Below, piece by piece: positions 23,953 to 32,933 of a DNA stretch of 34,544 nucleotides. The first letter of the stretch is position 1. Each line of letters begins with the position of its first letter. Position numbers and translations under genes: made by a program. The notes below the pieces were generated by a model. It was not told the origin of the DNA and searched no databases. It saw nothing but the letters and a program-made list of their open reading frames with translations. The stretch is taken from NCBI GenBank assembly GCA_044229815.1, contig JBGASI010000002.1, positions 1 through 34,544 on the forward strand, given 5' to 3'. This DNA is from Vicinamibacteria bacterium (GTDB taxonomy: Bacteria; Acidobacteriota; Vicinamibacteria; Fen-336).

Positions 23953-25188
23953 TTGAGGATCCTGGTGATCACCTGGGCCTGGCCGCCGGTCGGACGAATC
24001 GGAGCACTGCGGCCGATGGGAATGGCGCGGGAGTGGGTCAAGGCTGGGCACGAGGTCCACGTGCTGACGGGCCCGGGTCGCGGCGGGGGTGAACCCAGTC
24101 CCGATCTGCTGACCCGCGCCACCGAGACGGGAGCGATCGTCCACAGGGCGGACGCGCCGGCAGAGGGCACGGGGAGCGGTGCGTCTGGCGGCGCGGCGGC
24201 CGGGGCGGGCGGAACGCCGTCACGGCTTCGCCAGGTGCTGTCGCAGTGGAAGCGCTTTCCCGACCGGCAGCGCTCGTGGATCGGCCCGGCGCGTGCGTTC
24301 GCGCGACGCCTCCACGCCGAGCGGAACTTCGACGTCGTGTGGAGCACGTCTCCACCCGAGTCCTGCCACTTCGTGGGCGAGTCCCTCGCACGCGGCGGCG
24401 TCCCTTGGGTGGCGGATTTCCGGGACCCTTGGGCGGACTACTTCATCGCACGCTGGGACCCGATCAGTCGCGGGCTGATAGGCGGGATCAGTCGCTGGGT
24501 GCTGCGACCGGCGGGCGTACTGACCGCGGCCTCGGAGGGAATCGCGGCGTCGATCGGACGCGGTTGCGGCCGGCCGGTCCGCTGCGTCCGCAACGGGTAC
24601 GACAGGGCCGCACCCGGGGTTGGGGCCGCCTGGACTCGGCAACTCGGCTATTTCGGCCGGATCGACGCGCGGGCTCAGCGCCCGGACCGCCTCTGGCCCG
24701 CGCTGCGGCTCCTGCAGCAGCGGGGTCGACCGTGCGGCGTGCTCTTTCACCTCTCTGCGGGCGGAGGCGGCGGTGCGTCCTGCCTGGCCATACCCGACGA
24801 CCTAGCCGGACTGGTGTCCGTCCGGGGTCCAGTCGATCACGACGAAGCGCTCGCGCGAATGTCGAGTCTGCTCGGGCTCGTGGTGCTTTGCCTGGAGGAA
24901 CGGAGTGGTGCGGGGATCGTGCCCGGAAAGCTGTACGAGTACGCCGGGAGCGGGCGGCCCTCCGTGGTGATCGCACCGCCCGACTATGAGGCCCGCCGGC
25001 TCGTCGAGCAGCGCGGCGTCGGAATGGGTGCGTGGAGCCCGGAGGAAATCGCCGACGCGATCGAGCGGCTCGACCGCTTCTCGATCGACGCGGTGGGCCG
25101 GCAGGCCCTGTCTAGAGAGGCGACAGCGGCCGAGATGCTGTCTTGGCTCGAGCGCGCTCGGCCACGGGCGTGGCTCCGAGGGCTGTGA
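23953..25188 (+). CDS. Glycosyltransferase, GT-B fold (group 1-like)
   Basis: TTG start giving MRILVITWAWPP. Motifs seen: FRDPW, and C-terminal PGKLYEYAGSGRPSVV. A Gly/Ala-rich low-complexity loop (EGTGSGASGGAAAGAGG) lies near aa 70-90. Confidence 0.8.
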   Translation: MRILVITWAWPPVGRIGALRPMGMAREWVKAGHEVHVLTGPGRGGGEPSPDLLTRATETGAIVHRADAPAEGTGSGASGGAAAGAGGTPSRLRQVLSQWKRFPDRQRSWIGPARAFARRLHAERNFDVVWSTSPPESCHFVGESLARGGVPWVADFRDPWADYFIARWDPISRGLIGGISRWVLRPAGVLTAASEGIAASIGRGCGRPVRCVRNGYDRAAPGVGAAWTRQLGYFGRIDARAQRPDRLWPALRLLQQRGRPCGVLFHLSAGGGGGASCLAIPDDLAGLVSVRGPVDHDEALARMSSLLGLVVLCLEERSGAGIVPGKLYEYAGSGRPSVVIAPPDYEARRLVEQRGVGMGAWSPEEIADAIERLDRFSIDAVGRQALSREATAAEMLSWLERARPRAWLRGL

Positions 25189-25197
25189 CCCTGGAGG

Positions 25198-26418
25198 TTG
25201 CCCATCTTGACCAACGCCACGGCGGCCGGAGCGGTCGAGCGCGTGTCTGCGCTCGACGCCGTGCGCGGCTGTGCGATTCTGTTCGTGCTCGTGTTCCATT
25301 TCGGATGGGGACAGGCGATGTCCCTTCGGGATGGACCCCTCTACCTCCTGTTGCGGGCCACGCGACTGTGGTGGTGTGGGGTCGACCTCTTCTTCGTCGT
25401 CTCCGGGTTCCTGATCGGAGGAATCCTGGTCGCCCAGCGTTCGGCAACCAACTACTACGGGGTCTTCTATCTGCGCCGTGTCTGCAGGATCGTGCCGGCG
25501 TTTCTGGTCCTGCTCGGCCTCTACATGGCGGCGCGGGGCTGGTCGGCAGCAGTACCGGCGTTGGATCTGGGATACCTGTTCGCCAATCCCATGCCGCTGA
25601 CCTGGTATCTGGTCTTCGTCCAGAACTTCGGCATGGCGCGGGGGGCGGGCCTGGGGCCGCCCTTCTTGTCCGTCACCTGGTCGCTCGCAGTCGAGGAACA
25701 GTTCTACCTGCTGCTTCCCTTGCTCGTGAGGCGGGTGCCAGTCCGGGCGCTGGCAGCGGTAGTGGCCGCGCTCGCGCTGTCGGCGCCGCTCGTCCGCCTT
25801 GCCGCGTCGAGCTACGGGAGCCACCTCGGCCTCAACCCGCAGACGGCCGCCCTCGTCCTGCTCCCCTGCCGGATGGATGCGCTGGGCATTGGCGTCTTGG
25901 CGAGCCTGCTGTGGCGCGAGCGTCGAGCGCGCGATTGGATTGGCGCCCACCGCTTGCAGTTGTGGTCGGTGTTCGGCGTGCTCTCTGCCGGGGCCCTCTT
26001 GTTCACCATCGCGAGCCCGGATGCCACCGCTGAGCCGATGCTCAACGGTGGCGGCCTCACGTGGCTGGCGGCGCTCTTCGGGGTCGGGCTCTTATTGACG
26101 TTGCAGGCCGCAGACGGCACGGACTGGTTGTCCCGGTCGGCGTTTCTACGCTGGTTCGGACTTCGCTGCTACTCGCTGTACCTCTTTCACGTGCCGGCGA
26201 TGGCCGTGGCCCACGCGCTGCTGCGGCAGCGACCGCCTGCGCTGGATGGGTGGCTGGGTTGGACCGCGACGGCAGCGGGAGTGCTCACGACGCTGGGGTT
26301 CGCTGAGCTGGTGTACCGAACGGTCGAGATGCCGTTTCAGGCCTTGGGGCACCGAGCGCACTATCACCGAGCGATCCGGGAACGCAGACCGGAAGCAGCC
26401 ATGGCCGCCAGAGACTGA
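25198..26418 (+). CDS. Acyltransferase family 3 (OafA/WecH-type O-acyltransferase)
   Basis: Motifs seen: LDAVRGCAILFVLVFH, GVDLFFVVSGFLI, RRVCRIVPAF and SVTWSLAVEEQFYLLLP. About 10 TM segments. The longest start is TTG 25198. In-frame TTG 25207 has better spacing (9 nt) from GGAGG at 25193-25197. Confidence 0.9.
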   Translation: MPILTNATAAGAVERVSALDAVRGCAILFVLVFHFGWGQAMSLRDGPLYLLLRATRLWWCGVDLFFVVSGFLIGGILVAQRSATNYYGVFYLRRVCRIVPAFLVLLGLYMAARGWSAAVPALDLGYLFANPMPLTWYLVFVQNFGMARGAGLGPPFLSVTWSLAVEEQFYLLLPLLVRRVPVRALAAVVAALALSAPLVRLAASSYGSHLGLNPQTAALVLLPCRMDALGIGVLASLLWRERRARDWIGAHRLQLWSVFGVLSAGALLFTIASPDATAEPMLNGGGLTWLAALFGVGLLLTLQAADGTDWLSRSAFLRWFGLRCYSLYLFHVPAMAVAHALLRQRPPALDGWLGWTATAAGVLTTLGFAELVYRTVEMPFQALGHRAHYHRAIRERRPEAAMAARD

Positions 26419-26762
26419 GGCCGGGCGAGAACGCGAGGATCGTCGGGTGTCTGGGAGTCACGGAACAGCCGAGCGACGGCGGGGCTCTCTTGCTCGGCCA
26501 GGCATGGCAGCAGAGCCTTCGTGATCGCCGAGGCTATTGCTTCGTAGCCCGCTGCGTTGGGATGACCATCCGTCGTCACCGGGTACATGGCGGACCCGCC
26601 GCGAAGGGCGGCTGAAAGAGCGGGCCTGACGTCGAGGACGTTCAGGTTGGAGGAGCGACAGAACCCGAGGAGCTCTTCCCGAACGTCGGCCTCGCCCGTT
26701 ACGAGTCGCCGATAGGTGTCGCTTGGTCGATCTCGCGCCTCGACGCCGCAGTTACCCTGCTT
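26364..26762 (-). pseudogene. 5'-truncated remnant of an SGNH/GDSL hydrolase gene
   Basis: By hand, this minus-strand frame is open from the TGA at 26765-26763 down to 26364. It reads ...VTGEADVREELLGFCRSSNLNVLDVRPALSAALRGGSAMYPVTTDGHPNAAGYEAIASAITKAL. DGHPNAAGYEAIA matches SGNH block V (D-x-x-H). Blocks I-III are missing. The only canonical start (ATG 26588) lies just before block V. Confidence 0.45.
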
Positions 26763-28755
26763 TCACCCCGAAGCGTTCCATCCATGCCCCGAAGTTGACG
26801 ACGCGCCAGAGCCAGAAGCTGTACGGCTCGAGGCCGTTGATGACACGGTCTGCCTTCGTCAGCGCCTCCGGCGTCAGGAGCCCGCCCGAGATCGCGACCG
26901 CGTGGCGGACTCTCTCGCGAAACGCGCCGGGGGTGTCCCGGCGAACCCAGATCGGCTCGGGCGTCACGAAGCCCATCTTGTCCACACGCGTGCGCACTCG
27001 CTCGGGGAGGATGCCCTTCATGCAGTCGCGGAGAACGCGTTTCGTCATTCCGCCCGAGAGCTTGAAGTGCTCGGGGAGGCCGAGCACGAACTCGACGAGG
27101 CGATGATCGAGGAAGGGGACGCGCGACTCCACGGAGTGCGCCATCGAGTTGCGGTCCTCCCAATGGAGCAACATCGGGAGGCTGGTGGCCTCCAGTTGCG
27201 CAAGCGACCGCGCCGCCACGCTATCGGCCCGGTCTCCAGCTGCCGCATAGGGGTCCATCGGTACGGCGCCGAGGAGCGTCAGGTCCAGCCATGGAGGGTT
27301 CTCCTGAGGGTGGCGCCCCGCCCAGCGCAGCAGCATCGATCGGGTGCGCCGGTTCACGATCGCGTCCGCCGCCCGCAAGAGGGAGGACCAGGCTTGGGGG
27401 CCGTGGAGTCTCTGGACCGCGCGTACGTCGCGCCAGAGCGAGAGCCAGCGGCCGCTCCGCAGAAGCCCGGCTTGGCGCGCACCGAAGAAGGCATGGTACC
27501 CGATCAGCTGCTCGTCGGCGCCCTGCCCATCGAGCATGACCTTGGCGCCGTTGTTCGAGGCCAGTTCGAAGACGCTCCACTGAGCGTACATGCTCGTCGA
27601 TCCGAACGGCTCATCCTGATGCCAGGTGATGCGCTCGAGCGTGTCGAAGAGCTGCTCGGGGCGCGGATAGGTGTAGTGCGCTTCGACGCCCGTGGCCTGC
27701 ACGATCTCTTCGACGTAGCGGCGTTCGTCGAACGGCTCCTCCCGCGCACAGGCCGAGAAGGTGGTCTGGGGAAGCGGGGAGCCGACGGAACGGCGCATGT
27801 TGCTGAGAAGACACACGATCGAGGACGAGTCGAGTCCGCCTGACAGACAGGATCCGAGCGGCACGTCTGATTGCAGATGCTCTTTGACCGACTCCCGAAG
27901 AAGACGGCCGAAGCGCGACGACGCTTCGTTGAAGCCATCGCGGAAGGGGGGCGCCGCGAGGCTGTACCACCGGGTGGCGGGCAGGGTGCTGGTCGGGTCT
28001 CCCAGCCTGGCCACTGCAAACTCCCCGGCACGGAGCTGCCGCACGTCGGCGAACAGGGTCTCTTCGGTGTGATCGAGGAGTTCCCAGTTCAGGAAATCAT
28101 AGGCGCGCTGTCCGTTCACCGCGGCACGCCATCCCGGGAGCACAGTGAACTGCTTGATCTCCGAGGCGAACGCCAGAAAGCCGGCGGGCGAGAACCAGTA
28201 GTAGAGCGGCTTGATGCCGAAGCGATCACGCGCCGCGAAGACCGTCCTCGTCACGCGATCGTGGATGATGAAGGCGAACATACCTCGAAGCTTGGACAGG
28301 CATGCGCGGCCCCAGCGCCGATAGGCCTTGAGCAGGACCTCCGTGTCGGAGCGAGAGACGAGCACTTCGCCGCTCATCTCGAGTTCTGCCCGCAACGTCG
28401 CCTGGTTGTAGATCTCCCCGTTGAAGACGATCCAGTAGCGACCGTCTTCGGTGGTCATTGGCTGGTGACCTCCGGGGGAGAGGTCGAGGATCGAGAGCCG
28501 GCGATGCCCCAGACCGGCGCAGAAGGGTGGAGCGGCGGCGCCCAGGGACCCGCCGGGCGCGTAGGGCAAGCCGGACCTGTAGACGGCGGCCGGTGTGTCA
28601 ACTCCCCCGAGGATTCGTACGCCCGCCGCGGCGAGCAGAACGTATCCCTCGTCGTCGGGCCCGCGGTGGCGAACCGCCGCCGTCATCTGCAGCAGCGGGC
28701 CAGCCAAGTCGAGATCGTCGCCAGAGAGGCTGAACAGCCCGGCCAAGCCACACAT
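26752..28755 (-). CDS. asnB: Asparagine synthase family glutamine amidotransferase (AsnB-like) 2
   Basis: The start was checked by hand at ATG 28755-28753, giving MCGLAGL. Motifs seen: HRGPDDEG, HRRLSILDLS, FNGEIYN, GMFAFIIHD, the PP-loop CLSGGLDSS, and DRNSMAHSVESRVPFLD. Length 667 aa. Confidence 0.9.
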   Translation of the reverse strand: MCGLAGLFSLSGDDLDLAGPLLQMTAAVRHRGPDDEGYVLLAAAGVRILGGVDTPAAVYRSGLPYAPGGSLGAAAPPFCAGLGHRRLSILDLSPGGHQPMTTEDGRYWIVFNGEIYNQATLRAELEMSGEVLVSRSDTEVLLKAYRRWGRACLSKLRGMFAFIIHDRVTRTVFAARDRFGIKPLYYWFSPAGFLAFASEIKQFTVLPGWRAAVNGQRAYDFLNWELLDHTEETLFADVRQLRAGEFAVARLGDPTSTLPATRWYSLAAPPFRDGFNEASSRFGRLLRESVKEHLQSDVPLGSCLSGGLDSSSIVCLLSNMRRSVGSPLPQTTFSACAREEPFDERRYVEEIVQATGVEAHYTYPRPEQLFDTLERITWHQDEPFGSTSMYAQWSVFELASNNGAKVMLDGQGADEQLIGYHAFFGARQAGLLRSGRWLSLWRDVRAVQRLHGPQAWSSLLRAADAIVNRRTRSMLLRWAGRHPQENPPWLDLTLLGAVPMDPYAAAGDRADSVAARSLAQLEATSLPMLLHWEDRNSMAHSVESRVPFLDHRLVEFVLGLPEHFKLSGGMTKRVLRDCMKGILPERVRTRVDKMGFVTPEPIWVRRDTPGAFRERVRHAVAISGGLLTPEALTKADRVINGLEPYSFWLWRVVNFGAWMERFGVKAG

Positions 28756-28944
28756 GCTGTGGAAGAAGACCCTCACCAGAGGCGGCCTTGGGAAGCTCCC
28801 GGGCGGGGCATCCGATCTGGGGGCTTGGGGCCGCCACGGCACGGCTAAGATACCACTGAAGGCGTTCCGCATCAGCGCGTACGGCCTCCGGATTGGACGC
28901 TTGCGAGGCGCGGTGTCAGGATCCCAGCGAAAGGCGGGTGCGCC

Positions 28945-30381
28945 GTGGGAGCGTGGCAAGGTCGACTGCTGGCAAGTGTGATCCTGACCCGTTTCGTGCT
29001 TGCCGGCGTGCTTCTCTACTACGTGGCCCGCCTCCATCCCGACGCGGGATACCTGCCGTACGAGGAGGTATCCGACTCCAGTGACTATCTGATTCCAGCG
29101 GAGAATCTGCTGGCTTCGGGCTCCTATACCCTGGACCCGAACAGCACGTCGGGAGCAGTGTTTCGGATGCCGGCGTACTCGTTGACATACGCGGCCTTGC
29201 GCGTGGCCTTGCCGCCCATCGCGGCAAAGACCGGTCTCGTTGCCCTGCAACTTGCGCTTGGGGGCGTCGCGGCGTTCCTGGCGGCCCGGTTGGCCGGGTT
29301 GTTCGCGGGCCGACGCGGATTCCGGGCGACACTGTTTCTACTCACGTTCTCGGCGTTCACCTTGGTGCAGGACGTGAAGGTCCTCACCGACGGCCTCGCG
29401 GCGAGCTGCCTCTTGTTCTGCATCTATGCTCTCGGGTCGCAGCCAGCGCCCCTTTCGCTCGCGAGGATCGCTCTGACGGGTGGCCTGTTCACGTACACAG
29501 TGTTCCTGCGGCCCTTCGTGTGGCCACTGTGGATCGTCCTGGTCGGTTTTCTCGTGGTCGAATCACCTCCGGGTCGATCGGTGAAGCGGGCGGCAGCATT
29601 CATGCTGCCTCTGGTGTGTTGCCAGACGCTCTGGGTGGCCAGAAACATGGTCTGGACTGGGCAGTTCGTGCCGTTCCACACGGCCGGCGTGGTATTGCCA
29701 CCACCGATGGCCGCGGTCCGGCAGTGGATCGCCGCATCCGGAAACGACATCGTCGCGTGGCGGCCGGGGACGCTCGGCGAGTGGGTGTTCCTGGGCCGCC
29801 CGGACAGCCCGGTCCAGCTTCCGGGCTATCTCGTCGTTCCGGGCTGCAGCGAAGCGACACTGCGAGCGGCTCACGCGGCGTACTATCTATACCGGACGGG
29901 GGCGGGAGGACGAGGCGCCGCCGAGGCGGGCGAACGGGCGGCTTCGCTGTTCGCGGGCTGCCGTGAGGCCTATCTGCGCCACCACCCGTTCGACCACCAG
30001 GTGACGGCCCGGCTGCGGCTATTGCGCAGCTACCTCGTGCACGCAGGTCCTGTGCTCCCGCTTCCGTCGTTCCGTGGACTCCCTCGAAGCTCCTTTGCCT
30101 TCTGGTTGAAGCTGACGCAGGTTGGGCTTTACGCTGTCACCTTGGTCGCAGGCGTCGTCGGTCTCGTTTGCCTGGCGTGGCGCCGCGAGCCACGTGCGTG
30201 GCTTCTCGTTGCCTGCGGCGTTTACGGCCTGGTCCTTTTCCCCTTGGTTTTGAGACTCGTGGAGCCTCGGTTCCTGACCGCGTTCTTCCCCCTTCTGGGC
30301 GCCAGCGCCGGTGTCTGCATCGGTTGGCTGTCGCGGGGGCTGCAGCTGGAGAGATCAGCCGCTGCTAGGAAACGTGCGTAG
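28945..30381 (+). CDS. GT-C fold membrane glycosyltransferase-like protein (PMT_2/ArnT-like)
   Basis: 478 aa with many TM segments. The first loop carries SDSSDYLIPAENLLASGSY...FRMPAYSL, resembling the acidic-loop motif of the GT39/GT83 families. The GTG start is uncertain. Confidence 0.65.
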   Translation: MGAWQGRLLASVILTRFVLAGVLLYYVARLHPDAGYLPYEEVSDSSDYLIPAENLLASGSYTLDPNSTSGAVFRMPAYSLTYAALRVALPPIAAKTGLVALQLALGGVAAFLAARLAGLFAGRRGFRATLFLLTFSAFTLVQDVKVLTDGLAASCLLFCIYALGSQPAPLSLARIALTGGLFTYTVFLRPFVWPLWIVLVGFLVVESPPGRSVKRAAAFMLPLVCCQTLWVARNMVWTGQFVPFHTAGVVLPPPMAAVRQWIAASGNDIVAWRPGTLGEWVFLGRPDSPVQLPGYLVVPGCSEATLRAAHAAYYLYRTGAGGRGAAEAGERAASLFAGCREAYLRHHPFDHQVTARLRLLRSYLVHAGPVLPLPSFRGLPRSSFAFWLKLTQVGLYAVTLVAGVVGLVCLAWRREPRAWLLVACGVYGLVLFPLVLRLVEPRFLTAFFPLLGASAGVCIGWLSRGLQLERSAAARKRA

Positions 30382-30493
30382 CCCGCAGCTCCCTCTTCGC
30401 GGGGGCGCGGCCGGCGAACGGTTCACCGCGTGCGCCGGGCGAGGAAAGGGAGGGGACCTCGGGAACGGTCGGCTGTCGGGTATTCTTGGGCGC

Positions 30494-31765
30494 GTGAATC
30501 GCAAGCTCGCCTCATGGACGATGGCTGGTCTGCTCATCGCCGGCCCGCGCCTGGTGGCCGGGCAGGACTCCGCTCCGGTGCCTCGTTCGGCCGGCGCGCT
30601 CCCGGATCGCCCGGGCCTCTTCCGTCTCGGCGGCCTGTACCTGACGCCCTACCTGCACGTGGGGGCGATCGGCCTCGACTCGAACGTCTTCTACGCGCCG
30701 AGCGAGCGGCGCACGGACTTCACCGCCAGCGGCGGACCCGGGCTCGAGGTGGTGAGGCCGTTCGGGCGCGGGAGCCGGCTGCGCCTGGACGGGGGCCTCG
30801 ACTACCTCTGGTTCCGCAAGACGGCGTCGCAGCGCAAGCTCAACGGCTACGGCTCCGCGCAACTGGAGCTGGTGGGCGTCAAGACGCGCCTCACGGCCGA
30901 GGAGCGCTACGACCGGACGTTCTCGCGGCCCGACTACCAGGTGAACGCCCGGGTGCAGCAGGAGAGCGAGGGCACGCGCGGCCTGCTGACGCGGCGCCTG
31001 GGCGAGCGCTTCCAGCTGGCGGCGTTCGGCTCCCGGCTCAAGACGACGACCGACAGCCAGAGCTATCTCGGCACCGACCTCGGCCAGACGTTGACGCAGG
31101 ACCGCTACGACGTCGGCGGGGAGCTGCGGACGGCCCTCTCGATCAAGACGCAGTTCGTGGCGGGGGGCGAGCAGGACTGGTACCGCTTCCCGCTGCTGCG
31201 CGAGCGAGACGGCGACTCGACGCTGGCGTACGGCGGGCTGCGGACTGACGGCTCGGCGCTGATCGCCGGACGCGCGGTGGCGGGGTTCCGCTGGTTCCGG
31301 CTCGCCTCGGGCGGCACGCGGAACGTGGTCTACGCCGACGTGACGGCAACCTGGAACATCTCGCCGAAGACGAAGATCGGGGGGGCCTACCGGCGGGATC
31401 TCGACTACTCGGCCTTCTCCACCGCGGGCGCGACACCCACGAACCTCGCCGAGACGGCCGAGCTGTCGTTCGACAAGCTGCTGACGCGAACCGTTTACCT
31501 GCGGCTGTCGGGGCGGGTCGGCCAGCTGGCCTCGGACGGCGCGATCACGGTCGTGTCGCCGATCGATGGCGCCCTGAGCGGCCTGCGCGACGACCGGATC
31601 CGCGAGGCGAGCGCCGAGCTGGGGTACCAGTTCCGCTCGCGCGTCCGAATGGGCGTCACGGCGACCTACACGAACCGGACGTCGTATTTCGAGACCTTCG
31701 GGATCAAGGGGCTGCTCGCGGGCTTCACGGTGAAGTACACGCCGCCCCAGCCAACGTTCCGGTAG
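30494..31765 (+). CDS. Outer-membrane beta-barrel protein (paralogue-like partner of second OPX)
   Basis: The start is taken at in-frame GTG 30494 (VNRKLASWTMAGLLIAGPRLVAGQD, signal-like). ATG 30521 is an alternative. The remainder shows alternating amphipathic strands (RLRLDGGLDYLWF, GYGSAQLELVG, ADVTATWNISPKTKIGGAYRRDLDYS, MGVTATYTNRTSY). It ends GFTVKYTPPQPTFR. Confidence 0.7.
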   Translation: MNRKLASWTMAGLLIAGPRLVAGQDSAPVPRSAGALPDRPGLFRLGGLYLTPYLHVGAIGLDSNVFYAPSERRTDFTASGGPGLEVVRPFGRGSRLRLDGGLDYLWFRKTASQRKLNGYGSAQLELVGVKTRLTAEERYDRTFSRPDYQVNARVQQESEGTRGLLTRRLGERFQLAAFGSRLKTTTDSQSYLGTDLGQTLTQDRYDVGGELRTALSIKTQFVAGGEQDWYRFPLLRERDGDSTLAYGGLRTDGSALIAGRAVAGFRWFRLASGGTRNVVYADVTATWNISPKTKIGGAYRRDLDYSAFSTAGATPTNLAETAELSFDKLLTRTVYLRLSGRVGQLASDGAITVVSPIDGALSGLRDDRIREASAELGYQFRSRVRMGVTATYTNRTSYFETFGIKGLLAGFTVKYTPPQPTFR

Positions 31766-31867
31766 AGCGGGCTCACGGCGGGTCCTCGGGTGCCAGCCGT
31801 GGTAGAGAGCGGCGGGATGACGGACGGGGCGATTGACCGTGCGCGCGCGCCTCGCCACAATCACGTC

Positions 31868-32851
31868 ATGCGGTCGGCTCTCGCACTCCTCGTGACGCTG
31901 CTGGGGCTCGGCCTGCCCCTCGCCAGGGCAGCCGGGTCGGACTACGAGGTCGGTCCAGGCGATGTGCTGAAGGTGGTGGTGGTCGGGCAGGCCGAGCTGA
32001 CCAGCTCCTTCACGGTCGACACCGAGGGGATGGTGAACCTCCCGATCCTTGGCAAGGTGAAGGCCTCCGAGCACACGACGCTCGAGCTCGAACGCAAGCT
32101 GACGACGCTGCTGGTCGACGGTCAGTTCCTGAAGCGCCCGCAGGTGACCGTGACCGTGGCCGAGTTCGGCAGCCAGAAAGTGTTCGTCGCGGGCGAGGTG
32201 CAGAAGCCCGGGCAGTACGCCCTGCGGGCGGAGCGCACGCTGCTGGTCCTGCTCGGCGACATCGGACCGCTCGGAGCGAACTCAGGCCACGAGGTGGTGG
32301 TGGTGCGGCCGCCGGCCGCGACACCGGCGCCGCCCCCCGAGGCGGCGGCGACCTCCTCGCCGGCAGGCGGCGGGGTGGTGGACGACGGGCTGTTCCCCGC
32401 CGAGTCGCCGCCGTCCCAGACGGCCACGGAACCACCGCCGCCGCCGGCCGCAGACACGCAGCCGCCCGCGGGCGCCGCCCCTCCCCCGGGCGTCCCCGGC
32501 CTGCCGTTCGTCGCCCCGGGATCCGAGGTGTTCCACATCAGCCTGCTCGAGCTGCAGTCCGGCAACCCCGAGAAGAACATCGCGCTGCACGCCGGCGACA
32601 CCGTCTTCTTCCCCAGGGCGTCCCAGGTCTACGTGATGGGCTCGGTGGCCCGGCCCGGGTCGTATCGGTTCCAGGAAGGCATGACGGTGCTCCAGGCCCT
32701 GACCCTCGCCGGGGGCGCCACGGAACGGGGCTCGGAGGGTCGAACGCGGGTCGTGCGGATCGTGGGCGGCCGAAAGGTGGAGAAGAAGGCGAAGGCCACC
32801 GATCCCGTCCTTCCGGAGGACACGCTCTTCGTCCCGGAGAAGTTCTTCTAG
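31868..32851 (+). CDS. wza: Periplasmic polysaccharide export protein (OPX, Wza-like) with Pro-rich insert
   Basis: Start is ATG 31868 (MRSALALLVTLLGLGLPLARAAG). ATG 31817 and GTG 31790 are possible longer starts. The Poly_export motif SDYEVGPGDVLKVVVVGQAEL...EGMVNLPILGKVKA is present, with SLBB-like VFVAGEVQKPGQY and VYVMGSVARPGSY. There is no Cys in the signal peptide. Confidence 0.88.
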   Translation: MRSALALLVTLLGLGLPLARAAGSDYEVGPGDVLKVVVVGQAELTSSFTVDTEGMVNLPILGKVKASEHTTLELERKLTTLLVDGQFLKRPQVTVTVAEFGSQKVFVAGEVQKPGQYALRAERTLLVLLGDIGPLGANSGHEVVVVRPPAATPAPPPEAAATSSPAGGGVVDDGLFPAESPPSQTATEPPPPPAADTQPPAGAAPPPGVPGLPFVAPGSEVFHISLLELQSGNPEKNIALHAGDTVFFPRASQVYVMGSVARPGSYRFQEGMTVLQALTLAGGATERGSEGRTRVVRIVGGRKVEKKAKATDPVLPEDTLFVPEKFF

Positions 32852-32906
32852 GACACCACCGGCTGGGGTCCCATCCGGGCGACCCCCCAAATGGTGGGCC
32901 GGTCGT

Positions 32907-32933
32907 GACTTCGTGATCTACATCACCGAAGTC
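32907..32933. repeat. Near-perfect inverted repeat in the wza2-wzc2 intergenic region
   Basis: Arms gacttcgtgat (32907-32917) and atcaccgaagtc (32922-32933) pair over 11 bp with one bulged base. The loop is ctac. It sits in a 160-nt, comparatively AT-rich gap. Confidence 0.5.

Noticed and set aside
24130-24215. Gly/Ala-rich stretch (EGTGSGASGGAAAGAGG) in GT-B 23953..25188 as a functional repeat
   Set aside because: It is a short low-complexity loop, easily generated by GC-rich codons (GGC/GCG). It has no periodicity or flanking motif suggesting a function.
26468-26498. Hairpin gccgagc-N17-gctcggc as terminator of the acyltransferase gene
   Set aside because: The 17-nt loop is too large, there is no U-tract, and it lies inside the SGNH-remnant frame. 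In GC-rich DNA, 7-bp complements at this spacing are expected by chance.
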